Origin: Acidimicrobiia bacterium
GTDB lineage: Bacteria; Actinomycetota; Acidimicrobiia; Spongiisociales; ZC4RG35
Reading direction: 5' to 3'
Assembly (NCBI GenBank): GCA_036556665.1
Contig: DATBIX010000046.1
Location: 11,199-75,198 of the forward strand
Length of the DNA stretch: 64,000 nucleotides
The position numbers were made by a program, and so were the translations under genes. Below the pieces are notes generated by a model, which had not been told where the DNA came from, made no database searches, and saw only the letters and a list, made by a program, of their open reading frames with translations. This document shows, in pieces, positions 44,074-53,275 of this stretch (within the stretch, counting starts at the first letter, position 1; each line of letters starts with the position of its first letter).

Positions 44074-44864
44074 CCTTCTCCGCCGCCTCGGCGGTGGTGA
44101 GGGCGAGCGATCGGACCTGGAAGGCGGAGGTGTTGCCCGACTGGGACATATTCGGGATCAGCAACGGCGGCTACCTGATGGCGATCGCGGCGAGGGCAAT
44201 GTCGGAGGCCGGCGACGGGCGACTCCCGGTGAGCGTGACCGCCCATTTCACCCGGCCGGTCTCGGCCGGGGCGGTCACCATCGATGTCGACACGGTCAAA
44301 GTCGGAAAGAGCCTGTCAACCATGAGAGCAGTCCTGTCCACCGAGAGGGAGGCGCTGACCCTCCTCGGCACACTGGCCACCCCCGAGAGCGTGAGAGACG
44401 AGGTGATCTACAGCTCCGCCGAACCGCCGGAGATGCCACCCCCGGAGGATTGCGTGCGGGCCCTGCCCGGTGTCAACACCCCGCTGCCCCCACCTCTGAT
44501 GGCACAGTTCGAGGAGCGCATCCACCCCGAGGATGCCTCGGCCCTCGAGGGGAAACCCACCGGAGTGGCTCGAGTCAGAGGCTGGTTCCGTCTGCACGAT
44601 GACGAGCCTCTCGACGCCTTCGCCCCCCTCTTGGTCGCCGACGCCTTTCCTCCGGCGATCTTCAACTCCGGCCTTCCCCTCTCTTGGACCCCCACCGTCG
44701 AGATGACGACTCAGATCCGCTCCGTCCCGTCGACGGAGTGGCTCCGCTGCCGGTTCGTCACGCGATTCGTCACCGGCGGCCTCCTCGAAGAAGACGGCGA
44801 GATCTGGGATGAAAACGGGCGACTGGTGGCGCTGTCCCGCCAGCTAGCCCTCGTCCCTCGATGA
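44070..44864 (+). CDS. Thioesterase-like superfamily protein (TesB-like double hotdog, 264 aa)
   Basis: The N-terminal segment ...ISNGGYLMAIAARAM... and the overall layout resemble acyl-CoA-thioesterase-like proteins. ATGA overlap with the purM stop. Confidence 0.6.
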   Translation: MTFSAASAVVRASDRTWKAEVLPDWDIFGISNGGYLMAIAARAMSEAGDGRLPVSVTAHFTRPVSAGAVTIDVDTVKVGKSLSTMRAVLSTEREALTLLGTLATPESVRDEVIYSSAEPPEMPPPEDCVRALPGVNTPLPPPLMAQFEERIHPEDASALEGKPTGVARVRGWFRLHDDEPLDAFAPLLVADAFPPAIFNSGLPLSWTPTVEMTTQIRSVPSTEWLRCRFVTRFVTGGLLEEDGEIWDENGRLVALSRQLALVPR

Positions 44865-45857
44865 GAGCGCCTCCAACTCGGCAATGAGACTCTCCTTGAG
44901 CGCGTCGTCCAAGAACGAGGCCCGTATCGAATTCCGGGCCAGGTTGACGAGAGCCCCGTCGTCGAGGCCGAGTCCCGACTGAAGCGCCCGGTAGTTGTCG
45001 GCCACGTAGCCCCCGAAGTACGCCGGGTCGTCGGAGTTGACGGAGACGAGCAGGCCGGCGTCCATCATTCGGGCAAGAGGGTGGTCCTCGATGCGCTCCA
45101 CCACCCTGAGGGCCACGTTGGACAGAGGGCACACGGTCAGGGGGATCCCGGTTCCGGCGAGCATGGCCACCAGATCAGGGTCTTCGAGGCAGCGAACACC
45201 GTGATCGATCCGCTCGGCGCCGAGCACTTCGATGGCCGCCCGAATGTACTCGGGCGGTCCTTCCTCGCCGGCGTGGGCCACCGCTTTGAGACCCAGCCGC
45301 CGGGCCTGCCGGTAGGCAGCCTCGAACAGCTCCGGTGGGCGGCCCCGCTCGGAGGAGTCGAGGCCCACCCCGATGACGCCGTCGAGGAACGGCTCGGCTT
45401 CGCGCAGGGTGGCTTCGGCCTCTTCACCCGACAGGTGGCGCAGGAAGCACATGATCAGGTCGGCGCTGATGTCATGACGGCGGGCGCCATCGGCGATGGC
45501 GTCTCGAAACCCGGTCATGAACACCTCGAACCCAACTCCCCGAGCCGTGTGAGCCTGCGGATCGAAGAAGATCTCGGCGTGACGCACCCCGTCGGAGGCG
45601 GCCCGCTCCAGATAGCCGGACATCAGCTCGTAGAAGTCCTCGGGGGTGCGCAGTACCTCGGCTGCCTGGTAGTAGATGTCGAGGAAGGACTGCAGGTCGG
45701 TGAACCGGTAGGCCGCCTGGACCTGATCGACGTCCTCGAAGGGCAGGATCATCCCGTTCCTCTTGGCGAGCCGGAACATGGTCTCAGGCTCGAGAGAGCC
45801 TTCGATGTGGATGTGGAGCTCGGCCTTGGGGAGACGGGTGACAAGGTCCCCCATCAC
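44844..45857 (-). CDS. add: Adenosine/adenine deaminase (amidohydrolase)
   Basis: LPKAELHIHIEGSL metal-binding motif and SVNSDDPAYFG near the C-terminus. The start (GTG 45857 or ATG 45854) overlaps the stop of the XDH large subunit. Confidence 0.85.
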   Translation of the reverse strand: MMGDLVTRLPKAELHIHIEGSLEPETMFRLAKRNGMILPFEDVDQVQAAYRFTDLQSFLDIYYQAAEVLRTPEDFYELMSGYLERAASDGVRHAEIFFDPQAHTARGVGFEVFMTGFRDAIADGARRHDISADLIMCFLRHLSGEEAEATLREAEPFLDGVIGVGLDSSERGRPPELFEAAYRQARRLGLKAVAHAGEEGPPEYIRAAIEVLGAERIDHGVRCLEDPDLVAMLAGTGIPLTVCPLSNVALRVVERIEDHPLARMMDAGLLVSVNSDDPAYFGGYVADNYRALQSGLGLDDGALVNLARNSIRASFLDDALKESLIAELEALSSRDEG

Positions 45858-48073
45858 AGGGCGATGTCCTGCGGTCGAACCGGTACCCGGGCCAGATCCT
45901 TGCCCGAGGCCGCCCTGATGGCGGCGACCACCGCCGGAGTGGAGGAGATCGTGGGCGGCTCACCCACTCCCTTCGCCCCGAATGGGCCCCAGGACCCCTC
46001 TCGCTCGATGAGCAGCGCCTCCACCTCCGGTGCGTCGAGGATGGTGGGGAGCAGGTAGTCGGTGAAGGTCGGGTTCCTGATCACCCCGTCCGCGATCACC
46101 AACTCCTCCATGATGGCGAGGCCGACCCCCTGCATGATCCCTCCTTCGATCTGACCCCGAACGGAGGCCGGGTTGAGGGCCAGCCCGACGTCCTGTGCGG
46201 TGTCGACCCGGACGACTTTGACCAGGCCCAGCTCGGCGTCCACGTCGACCACAGCACGATGGCCCGCAACCGCGAAATCGGCATGGACCACTCCTTGCCC
46301 GTTCTCGTCGGGACCGGTGGTGGGGGGATGGCGGAAGGTGACCGTCTCTTCCCATCCTTCCTCGACCATCTCCGACCAGGGAACCACCAGGACGTCGCCC
46401 ATCCAAACCCCGTCGTCATCCAGATCGTCGCCCCGGTAGTGCTCGAGGAGACGTGTGCGGAGACGGGAGGCTGCCTCCAATGTGGCCCCACCCGAGACCT
46501 GGGTCTGACGTGAAGCCGAGGTGGAGCCGGCCGAGTCGATCCTGGAGGTGTCGACGTGGGTCACCTCCACACTGGCCACGCCCAAGGCACTGCGCGTGAT
46601 CTGGGCGAGCACCGTGACGAGGCCCTGGCCTACCTCCACCGCCGCCGTCTCGACCACCGCCCCGTCCGCGGTGATTCTCACCCTCGCCTGGGCAAAGTCG
46701 TCGAAGCCCTCCGAGAAAGCGAGATTCTTGATGCCGATGGCGTAGCCGACCCCTCGTCTGACGTGACGCGGCTCGGTGGTGAGCCCGGAGCCGCCGGGAA
46801 GGGCGAAGTCGTCCGGCTCCTCCCCAATGTCGGGCAACGGCATCGCCGAGAGGCTGTCGATCACCTCCCTGGTGGGCAGCGGCGTCTCGATCAACTGCCC
46901 GGTCGTGGCGAGACGATCCCCGGTTTCGAGCGCGTTGCGCCGTCTCAGCTCGAGGGGATCGATGCCGAGCTCGGCCGCCAGCCGGTCCATCTGGGCCTCA
47001 TAGGCGAAGCAGACCTGGACCGCCCCGAACCCCCTCATCGCCCCACATGGTGGGTTGTTGGTCCGGGTACCCGCCCCGTCCACCGCCACGGAGTCACAGC
47101 GATATGGGCCGACCGCGAAGTAACAGGCGTTGGCGAGAACGGCGGCGGTCGTCGAGGCGTAGGCGCCACCGTCGATCACCACCCGCGCCGCGACCCGGAC
47201 GAGACGGCCATCGTGATCGGCCTCGTGCCGGTACCAGAGGCGGGCCGGATGTCGGTGGACATGCCCCGTGAAGGACTCCCCGCGCCGGTAGACCATCTTG
47301 ACCGGGCGCCCGGTGTGGAGGGCGAGGAGACAAAGGTGGATGTGGAGGTTCACGTCTTCTCTGGCGCCGAAGGCGCCACCGATGCCGGTGGGGTGGGAGC
47401 GCACCTGATCCGGGCGCAGACCGAGGCTGGCCACCACCTGTTCCTGATCGACGTGGACGAACTGGCTGGTTGCGTAGAGGTCAACGCCTCCCTGCCCGTC
47501 AGGTACGGCAAGACCCGCCTCGGTGCCGAGTGGGGCCTGATCCTGCATCCCGACCTCGTAATAGCCCTCGACGACCACGGGCCCCTTCGCCGCCTGGTCC
47601 CCTCTCCTGATCCGCAACCGGCGGAAGACCGAGTCGGAGGCATCCGCCTCCTCCGGGTCGGCCAGGGGCGGCAGCGGCTCATACCCGACCTCGACCAGCC
47701 CGGCGGCCCGGATCGCGGTGCGTGCGTCCTCGGCGGCGACCACCGCCACCGGCTCGCCCCAGTACCTGACCTCCTCGCCTGCCAGCACCGGCTGGTCGGG
47801 GTGCTCCAGCCCAAAGGTGGCCCGGCCCGGCACATCGTCGGAGGTGAGGGCGGCGTGGACCCCGCCGACGCCGAGGGCCGGAGCCAGGTCGATGGAGAGG
47901 ATCCTCGCCCGGGCATATGGGCTGCGAACAGTCGCCGCCCACAGCATGCCGTCGGCTCTCAGATCCTGGGCATACTCGAAATCACCGAGGAGCTTGGGGA
48001 TGCCGTCGGGGCGCAGGGGCGATTCCCCGATGCCTTCCGCCAGTGCGCTGGTGCGCCGGGCTGTTGTGGTCAT
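45854..48073 (-). CDS. Xanthine dehydrogenase family, molybdopterin-binding large subunit (739 aa)
   Basis: ATG 48073 (MTTTARRT...) makes an ATGA overlap with the FeS subunit stop. Aldehyde oxidase/XDH a/b-hammerhead and Mo-binding blocks (GGAFG, GFGAVQ) are present. Confidence 0.85.
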   Translation of the reverse strand: MTTTARRTSALAEGIGESPLRPDGIPKLLGDFEYAQDLRADGMLWAATVRSPYARARILSIDLAPALGVGGVHAALTSDDVPGRATFGLEHPDQPVLAGEEVRYWGEPVAVVAAEDARTAIRAAGLVEVGYEPLPPLADPEEADASDSVFRRLRIRRGDQAAKGPVVVEGYYEVGMQDQAPLGTEAGLAVPDGQGGVDLYATSQFVHVDQEQVVASLGLRPDQVRSHPTGIGGAFGAREDVNLHIHLCLLALHTGRPVKMVYRRGESFTGHVHRHPARLWYRHEADHDGRLVRVAARVVIDGGAYASTTAAVLANACYFAVGPYRCDSVAVDGAGTRTNNPPCGAMRGFGAVQVCFAYEAQMDRLAAELGIDPLELRRRNALETGDRLATTGQLIETPLPTREVIDSLSAMPLPDIGEEPDDFALPGGSGLTTEPRHVRRGVGYAIGIKNLAFSEGFDDFAQARVRITADGAVVETAAVEVGQGLVTVLAQITRSALGVASVEVTHVDTSRIDSAGSTSASRQTQVSGGATLEAASRLRTRLLEHYRGDDLDDDGVWMGDVLVVPWSEMVEEGWEETVTFRHPPTTGPDENGQGVVHADFAVAGHRAVVDVDAELGLVKVVRVDTAQDVGLALNPASVRGQIEGGIMQGVGLAIMEELVIADGVIRNPTFTDYLLPTILDAPEVEALLIEREGSWGPFGAKGVGEPPTISSTPAVVAAIRAASGKDLARVPVRPQDIAL

Positions 48074-48534
48074 GGGCCCACCCCGTGGGAGAGGTTCTCC
48101 AGGGCGCGGACAATCGCCCCATAGCCTGTGCACCGGCAGATGTTCCCGGCCAGGGCCTCCTTGATCTCATTCGCGCTCGGGGCGGGGTTGCCGGCGAAGA
48201 GGTCGACCGCCGCGACCACGAAGCCAGGGGTGCAAAAGCCGCATTGCACCGCACCAGCCCGATGCATCGCCTCCTGCACCGGGTGGAGCGAGTCGGCCTC
48301 CCCGATGCCCTCGACCGTCACCACGGTCGACCCTTCTGCATCGACGGCCATGACCAGACAGGAGCAGACCAGATCACCATCGAGGATCACCGAGCACGAT
48401 CCGCATTCGCCCTGCTCACAGGCGTTCTTGGAGCCGGGGAGACCGAGGTCGTCCCGGAGCAGGTCGAGCAGGCTCCCGGCATGGGAGACGTTGGCGGTGA
48501 CCCGCTCGCCATTGACGATGAGGCCGATGATCAT
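48070..48534 (-). CDS. Xanthine dehydrogenase family, [2Fe-2S] small subunit
   Basis: CEQGECGSCSV and CGFCTPGF cluster motifs. The ATG at 48534 makes an ATGA overlap with the FAD subunit stop. Confidence 0.9.
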   Translation of the reverse strand: MIIGLIVNGERVTANVSHAGSLLDLLRDDLGLPGSKNACEQGECGSCSVILDGDLVCSCLVMAVDAEGSTVVTVEGIGEADSLHPVQEAMHRAGAVQCGFCTPGFVVAAVDLFAGNPAPSANEIKEALAGNICRCTGYGAIVRALENLSHGVGP

Positions 48535-49325
48535 CCCAGGCACCTCTCCAGGAGCCGTCGGGCCAGGACCCCGGCCCCGTGACGCCGATAATCCTCCGTC
48601 GAGCGATGATCGGTGATGGGGCGCACTTCTTCGGCAACGAGACGTTGGAACTCGGCGAGATCCGTCTCTGACGGGGCTCGGACCGACGAGATCATCGTCT
48701 CGGCCCGCGTCGCTCGCATCGGTGTGGGAGCGACAGATCCGAGGGCGACTGTCGTGACCCCATCGTCCTCACGGGTCACCACGCAGTTGACCATGGCGAT
48801 GACCATCGCGTTGCGCACCCCGATCTTCCCGAATGCCTGTCGAGACGGGAGGGTTTCGGGAAGCCGGACGGCAGCGATCAGCTCGTCGTCGCGTCGGGCG
48901 GTCTTCTTCACTCCGAGGAAGAAGTCCTTCCAGGGTAGGGTGCGCACCGCATCCGAGGAGACCAGCTCGATCGTTGCGTCTACCGCGGCCAGGAACGGGT
49001 GTCCGTCCCCAGCCGGGCTCGCAGTGCCCAAGTTCCCCCCGATCGTCCCGGCGTTCCTGATCTGAGGCGATCCCACCGTGCGCGCCGCCTCGGCCAGGGC
49101 CTTGGGCCCCTCACGCTCGATCCTGCGCCAGGTGACCCCGGCTCCGATCCTCATGCCGTCCCATTCCTTGAGCTCGCCGACGCGTCTCAGCCCCACCACC
49201 CGGTCGGGGTCGAGATGCCCCGAGTTGACCTCGACCATGACGTCGGTGCCTCCGGAAAGTGGGACCACCCCCTCACCGAGCCGGGCGAGCGCCTCGTCGA
49301 CCGAGGTGGGGTGATACACCTGCAC
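48531..49325 (-). CDS. Xanthine dehydrogenase family, FAD-binding medium subunit (CoxM-like)
   Basis: GTG 49325 (VQVYHPTSVDEALARL...PLSGGTDVMV). IRNAGTIGGN motif. The upstream part of track ORF 48531..49469 was discarded. Confidence 0.8.
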   Translation of the reverse strand: MQVYHPTSVDEALARLGEGVVPLSGGTDVMVEVNSGHLDPDRVVGLRRVGELKEWDGMRIGAGVTWRRIEREGPKALAEAARTVGSPQIRNAGTIGGNLGTASPAGDGHPFLAAVDATIELVSSDAVRTLPWKDFFLGVKKTARRDDELIAAVRLPETLPSRQAFGKIGVRNAMVIAMVNCVVTREDDGVTTVALGSVAPTPMRATRAETMISSVRAPSETDLAEFQRLVAEEVRPITDHRSTEDYRRHGAGVLARRLLERCLG

Positions 49326-49380
49326 GGACCGGGAAACTAGCTGGCCATCTCCAGCGCGACCGGGAGCCCCATAACCGCCT

Positions 49381-50742
49381 TCACGTCCGGACCAGATCGG
49401 CGGCAAGCCGGTTGTGCTCCTCGACCAGAGCCGGGAGGTCGATTCCAGGCAGGATGCCCTCGCTGACAACCTTGCGGCCGCCCACCCAGGAGTGATCGAC
49501 CGAGACGGGTGCGCACATCACCAGGGCGGCGACCGGATCGTGCAGGGCGCCGGCGAACTCGAGCCGGTCCAGGTCGTAGGCGATCACGTCGGCGGCCATC
49601 CCGGGCACCAGTTTTCCCACGTCGTCGCGCCCCAAGACCCGGGCCCCGCCAGAAGTGGCCAGCTCCAGCACCTCACGGGAGGTCATCTGCTCACCCGTGC
49701 CCAGACCCGGTGAGACACCGAGACGGTTGAGCAGTAGCGCCTGACGCGTCTCCGCCAGCAGATGGGACGAGTCGTTCGATGCCGAGCCGTCCACCCCGAT
49801 GCCGACCGGCACGCCGGCTTCGAGATACCGCGACACCGGGGCCAGGCCCGAGGCAAGTCGCATGTTCGAGGTTGGGCAGTGTGCCACCCCGGTCCCGCAC
49901 TCCCCCATCCGGGCCACCTCGTCGTCTGCGACGTGGACCGCATGTGCGTACCAGACGTCCGGCCCCACCCACTCCAGCCTCTCCATGTACGCCACCGGAC
50001 GGCTGCCGAACCGCTCGAGGCAGAACTCCTCCTCGTCGGCGGTCTCGGCCAAGTGGGTGTGCATGGTCACCCCCAGCTCGCGGGCCAGCTCGGATGTGGC
50101 GCTCATCAATTCGGGAGTGACCGAGAACGGCGAGCATGGAGCGAGGACGACCCGGATCATGGCCCCCGGGGCGGGATCATGATGCTCCGAAACGGCCCGC
50201 CTGCAGTCCTCGAGGATCTCGTCCTCCGACTGCACCACCGAGTCGGGGGGCAGGCCTCCGCTGGACTGGCCCAGGCTCATCGATCCGCGTGACACGTGAA
50301 AGCGAAGACCGATCGGCTCTGCACCCTCGATCTGATCGCTGATGCTGGACCCGTTGGGCCACAAGTACTGATGATCGAAGGCGGTAGTGCAGCCACTCAG
50401 CGCCAGCTCGGCGAGACCGGTACGGGTGGCAACCCGGACGTGGTCGGGAGTCATCCCGGCCCAGACCGGGTAGAGGGCCCGCAGCCAGTCGAAGAGCCCC
50501 GAGCTCTGTGCCGCGGGAACCACCCGGGTCATGGTCTGGTAGAGATGATGATGGGTGTTGACCAGTCCAGGGAGGACCAGATGCCTGCGCAGGTCCACCA
50601 CCTCGTCGGCGGTGTCGGGGAGCTCGGCCGTGCTCCCGACCTGCTCGATCCATCCATCGCGGGCGAGCAGGGCACCGTCCACGATCTCCCTGCCGTCCAT
50701 GGTGACGATGACCTCCGCATGCCTGATCAGCAGGGTTCCCAT
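49381..50742 (-). CDS. 8-oxoguanine-deaminase-like amidohydrolase (guanine/atrazine-hydrolase superfamily, 453 aa)
   Basis: ATG 50742 (MGTLLIRHAEVIVTMDG...). LVNTHHHLYQT, MHTHLAET and GVDGSASND metal-ligand motifs. Confidence 0.8.
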   Translation of the reverse strand: MGTLLIRHAEVIVTMDGREIVDGALLARDGWIEQVGSTAELPDTADEVVDLRRHLVLPGLVNTHHHLYQTMTRVVPAAQSSGLFDWLRALYPVWAGMTPDHVRVATRTGLAELALSGCTTAFDHQYLWPNGSSISDQIEGAEPIGLRFHVSRGSMSLGQSSGGLPPDSVVQSEDEILEDCRRAVSEHHDPAPGAMIRVVLAPCSPFSVTPELMSATSELARELGVTMHTHLAETADEEEFCLERFGSRPVAYMERLEWVGPDVWYAHAVHVADDEVARMGECGTGVAHCPTSNMRLASGLAPVSRYLEAGVPVGIGVDGSASNDSSHLLAETRQALLLNRLGVSPGLGTGEQMTSREVLELATSGGARVLGRDDVGKLVPGMAADVIAYDLDRLEFAGALHDPVAALVMCAPVSVDHSWVGGRKVVSEGILPGIDLPALVEEHNRLAADLVRT

Positions 50743-50778
50743 CGGGACGAAGTTAACGGCCAATAGAGTCGCCCCACC

Positions 50779-52104
50779 ATGACCTTGCGCGAAGATTCTC
50801 TGGAGCGATGGACGGATCGCCTGACCAGGGTGGCCTCCCGCGTCTCGGCCGATTTCCCCGGGGAGAGACCAGACCGTCAGCCGGTGCACACGGTGTACGG
50901 GGGCGCCCATCTCTTCACCGCGGGCACCGCCGCCCGTCTCGGTGAGTTGTCGGTGGCCGCGCTGGAAGGGTGGCTGGGGCGCCCCGATCGGCTCCAGTCC
51001 GTTTTGGGGCTCCCTCCCGACCTCGCGGTCCGGGTGCACGAGTTGGTGGGGAGCAAGCTGGGAACCGAGGCGGTCGAGGATTTCCGCATCGACTTCGAAG
51101 ACGGGTACGGGCACAGGCCCGACGAAGAGGAGGATGGCCACGCCCGGTCGGCGGCGGGTGAGATGGCCGCCGGTCAGTCGGCGGGGACGCTGCCGCCCTT
51201 CATCGGGATCAGGATCAAGTCGCTCTCGGGGGAGCTCCACCGCCGCGCATTGCGCACCCTCGACCTGTTCCTGACCACCGCCCTCGAACGGGGGGAAGGT
51301 CTTCCCTCCGGATTCACCGTCACCCTGCCCAAGATCCAGGACCCCGATCAGGTGGCAGTGCTGGACGAGGCCCTGGCCGAGATCGAGGAGAGGCTCGGGC
51401 TGGAACGGATCCCCATCGAGCTCATGGTGGAGACGCCCCAGACGGTCATCGACCGCGATGGGACATCCGGTGTGCGCAGGTTCGTCGAGGCGGGACGAGG
51501 ACGGGTCCGCGGCGCACATTTCGGGACCTACGACTACACCGCCTCACTGAGCATCACCGCCGCCTACCAGTCGATGACCCACCCAGCCTGCGACTATGCC
51601 CGTCACGCCCTCCAGGTGAGCCTCGCCGGCACAGGGGTGTGGCTGTCCGACGGGGCGACCAATGTCATGCCCGTGCCGACCCATCGCGGGGACAACCTCT
51701 CCATGTTCGAGATCGAGGAGAACGAGCGCACCGTCCATCAGGCGATGAGACTCCACTACGACCAGATCCGCCACTCCCTGACCCACGCCTATTACCAGGG
51801 ATGGGACCTCCATCCCGCCCAATTCCCCACCCGGTATGCCGCGGTGTATGCGTTCTTCCTGGAGGGGCTGGACAGCGCCGGGGCCCGACTCTCCAACTTC
51901 GTCGAGTCGGCGGCCAAGGCGACCCTGGTCGGTGAGGTGTTCGACGATGCGGCCACCGGTCAGGGTCTGCTCAACTACTTCCTCCGCGCCATCAACTGCG
52001 GCGCGATCAGCGAGGAGGAGGCCACCGAGCGGACCGGTCTCACCCTGGACGAGATCCGGACCCGCTCCTTCCTCGCCATCCTGGGGGGCCGGACCGGGGG
52101 CTGA
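50779..52104 (+). CDS. Uncharacterised protein, possibly HpcH/CitE/malate-synthase-like TIM barrel (441 aa)
   Basis: The IDFEDGYG and ELMVETPQ segments are reminiscent of the DxED and xxE metal/substrate motifs of aldolase/citrate-lyase-beta-type enzymes. I cannot place it in a characterised family. Divergent from the deaminase gene, with only 36 nt between the start codons. Confidence 0.5.
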   Translation: MTLREDSLERWTDRLTRVASRVSADFPGERPDRQPVHTVYGGAHLFTAGTAARLGELSVAALEGWLGRPDRLQSVLGLPPDLAVRVHELVGSKLGTEAVEDFRIDFEDGYGHRPDEEEDGHARSAAGEMAAGQSAGTLPPFIGIRIKSLSGELHRRALRTLDLFLTTALERGEGLPSGFTVTLPKIQDPDQVAVLDEALAEIEERLGLERIPIELMVETPQTVIDRDGTSGVRRFVEAGRGRVRGAHFGTYDYTASLSITAAYQSMTHPACDYARHALQVSLAGTGVWLSDGATNVMPVPTHRGDNLSMFEIEENERTVHQAMRLHYDQIRHSLTHAYYQGWDLHPAQFPTRYAAVYAFFLEGLDSAGARLSNFVESAAKATLVGEVFDDAATGQGLLNYFLRAINCGAISEEEATERTGLTLDEIRTRSFLAILGGRTGG

Positions 52105-52137
52105 GCCACTCCCCTCCCCGATCGCGACGAGCGGCAC

Positions 52138-52956
52138 TCAGCGGGTGACGGTCAACCTGATGTCGCCATGGGGCTCGGTCACCGGTTGGAACACCACGCC
52201 CCGGTCCTCGAGACCGAAACGGGTGAGGTCGAAGGGCAGATGATGCTGATTGGGGAGCCGGAAGTCTGCCTCCGCGATCTCGGGAACCGCTGTGAGCAGG
52301 GCGCTGGCCATCATCCAGCCCTGGTGCTGGACTGAGGCCGACCACTCGGAGAAGAAGCTGTCCAGGATGGCGGCGCGCCCCAGTTCCCAGGCTGCTGTGG
52401 TGTCCCCGGGCACCGGCTCGTAGCGCCATTCGACGGTCATCGAGGTCGCCAGGATGCGGTCCTCCGCCTCGGGCAGGATCGTGAACTCGTCACGAGGAAA
52501 GTCGGTGAAGGAGGAGCCGCTCGTCTTGAGAACGACCAGACCCTCGATCCCGGCCCGGGTGACCTTCTCGTCTCGCCCCGCCACGACACGAGCGGTCCTC
52601 CGCTCCGATCCGCCTCCGACGAAGCCGGAGGGCCCGACCCGATCCCACCGCTTCGCCTGGATCGAGACCGACGACCCGGTCACGGTCTCCCGAGCCAGGA
52701 AGTGATCACAGAGCAAGGCGGCAAACGCCTCGAGGTCGGAGGTGAGATGGTCCTGGGCCAGCCCATACACGGTGTTGCGCATTGTGTCCGTGGGGAGCAC
52801 CCCGGAGTTGTCCCCTTCGGTGTGTGCCCTCTCGACCTCACCTTGGAGCAGGACTTGAACCGTCAGGTCGGTGAACGAGTCGGCGCCATCGGAAGGATGG
52901 ACCTTCGAGACCCGCACCTCGCTCTTGCCCCATCTGTTCTCTCCCAGCAGGGCCAT
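52138..52956 (-). CDS. Urate oxidase (cofactor-independent uricase)
   Basis: YGKSEVRVSKV-type N-terminus (here WGKSEVRVSKV), VLPTDTMRNTVY and a tunnelling-fold tandem layout. 272 aa. Confidence 0.9.
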   Translation of the reverse strand: MALLGENRWGKSEVRVSKVHPSDGADSFTDLTVQVLLQGEVERAHTEGDNSGVLPTDTMRNTVYGLAQDHLTSDLEAFAALLCDHFLARETVTGSSVSIQAKRWDRVGPSGFVGGGSERRTARVVAGRDEKVTRAGIEGLVVLKTSGSSFTDFPRDEFTILPEAEDRILATSMTVEWRYEPVPGDTTAAWELGRAAILDSFFSEWSASVQHQGWMMASALLTAVPEIAEADFRLPNQHHLPFDLTRFGLEDRGVVFQPVTEPHGDIRLTVTR

Positions 52957-52957
52957 C

Positions 52958-53275
52958 TCAACTCCCCCGGTAGGTGGTGAAGCCGAAGGGGCTGAGCAGG
53001 AGCGGCACGTGATAGTGCTGCTCGGACTCGTCGAGGTCGACGATCAGGTGCACCTCGGGGTAGAAGGGGCTGCCCGCATCCCCTGTGGCGAAGATCAGGC
53101 GATGGATCCCCCCGGCCAGGGCGACACCGAGCGTCTGGATCCGGCCGTCGCCATCGGTCACGCCGTCACCGACATGCTGCCACCCTCCGTCCACTTTTCG
53201 CTCCAGAGCCACTGCGACGCCGGCCAGCGGCCGGCCCGTGCCGGTGTCGAGCACATGGGTGCTGAGGCTGATCAT
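52958..53275 (-). CDS. uraH: 5-hydroxyisourate hydrolase (transthyretin-like, 105 aa)
   Basis: ATG 53275 (MISLSTHVLDTGTGRP...). C-terminal YRGS signature. ATGA overlap with the upstream gene. Confidence 0.9.
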   Translation of the reverse strand: MISLSTHVLDTGTGRPLAGVAVALERKVDGGWQHVGDGVTDGDGRIQTLGVALAGGIHRLIFATGDAGSPFYPEVHLIVDLDESEQHYHVPLLLSPFGFTTYRGS

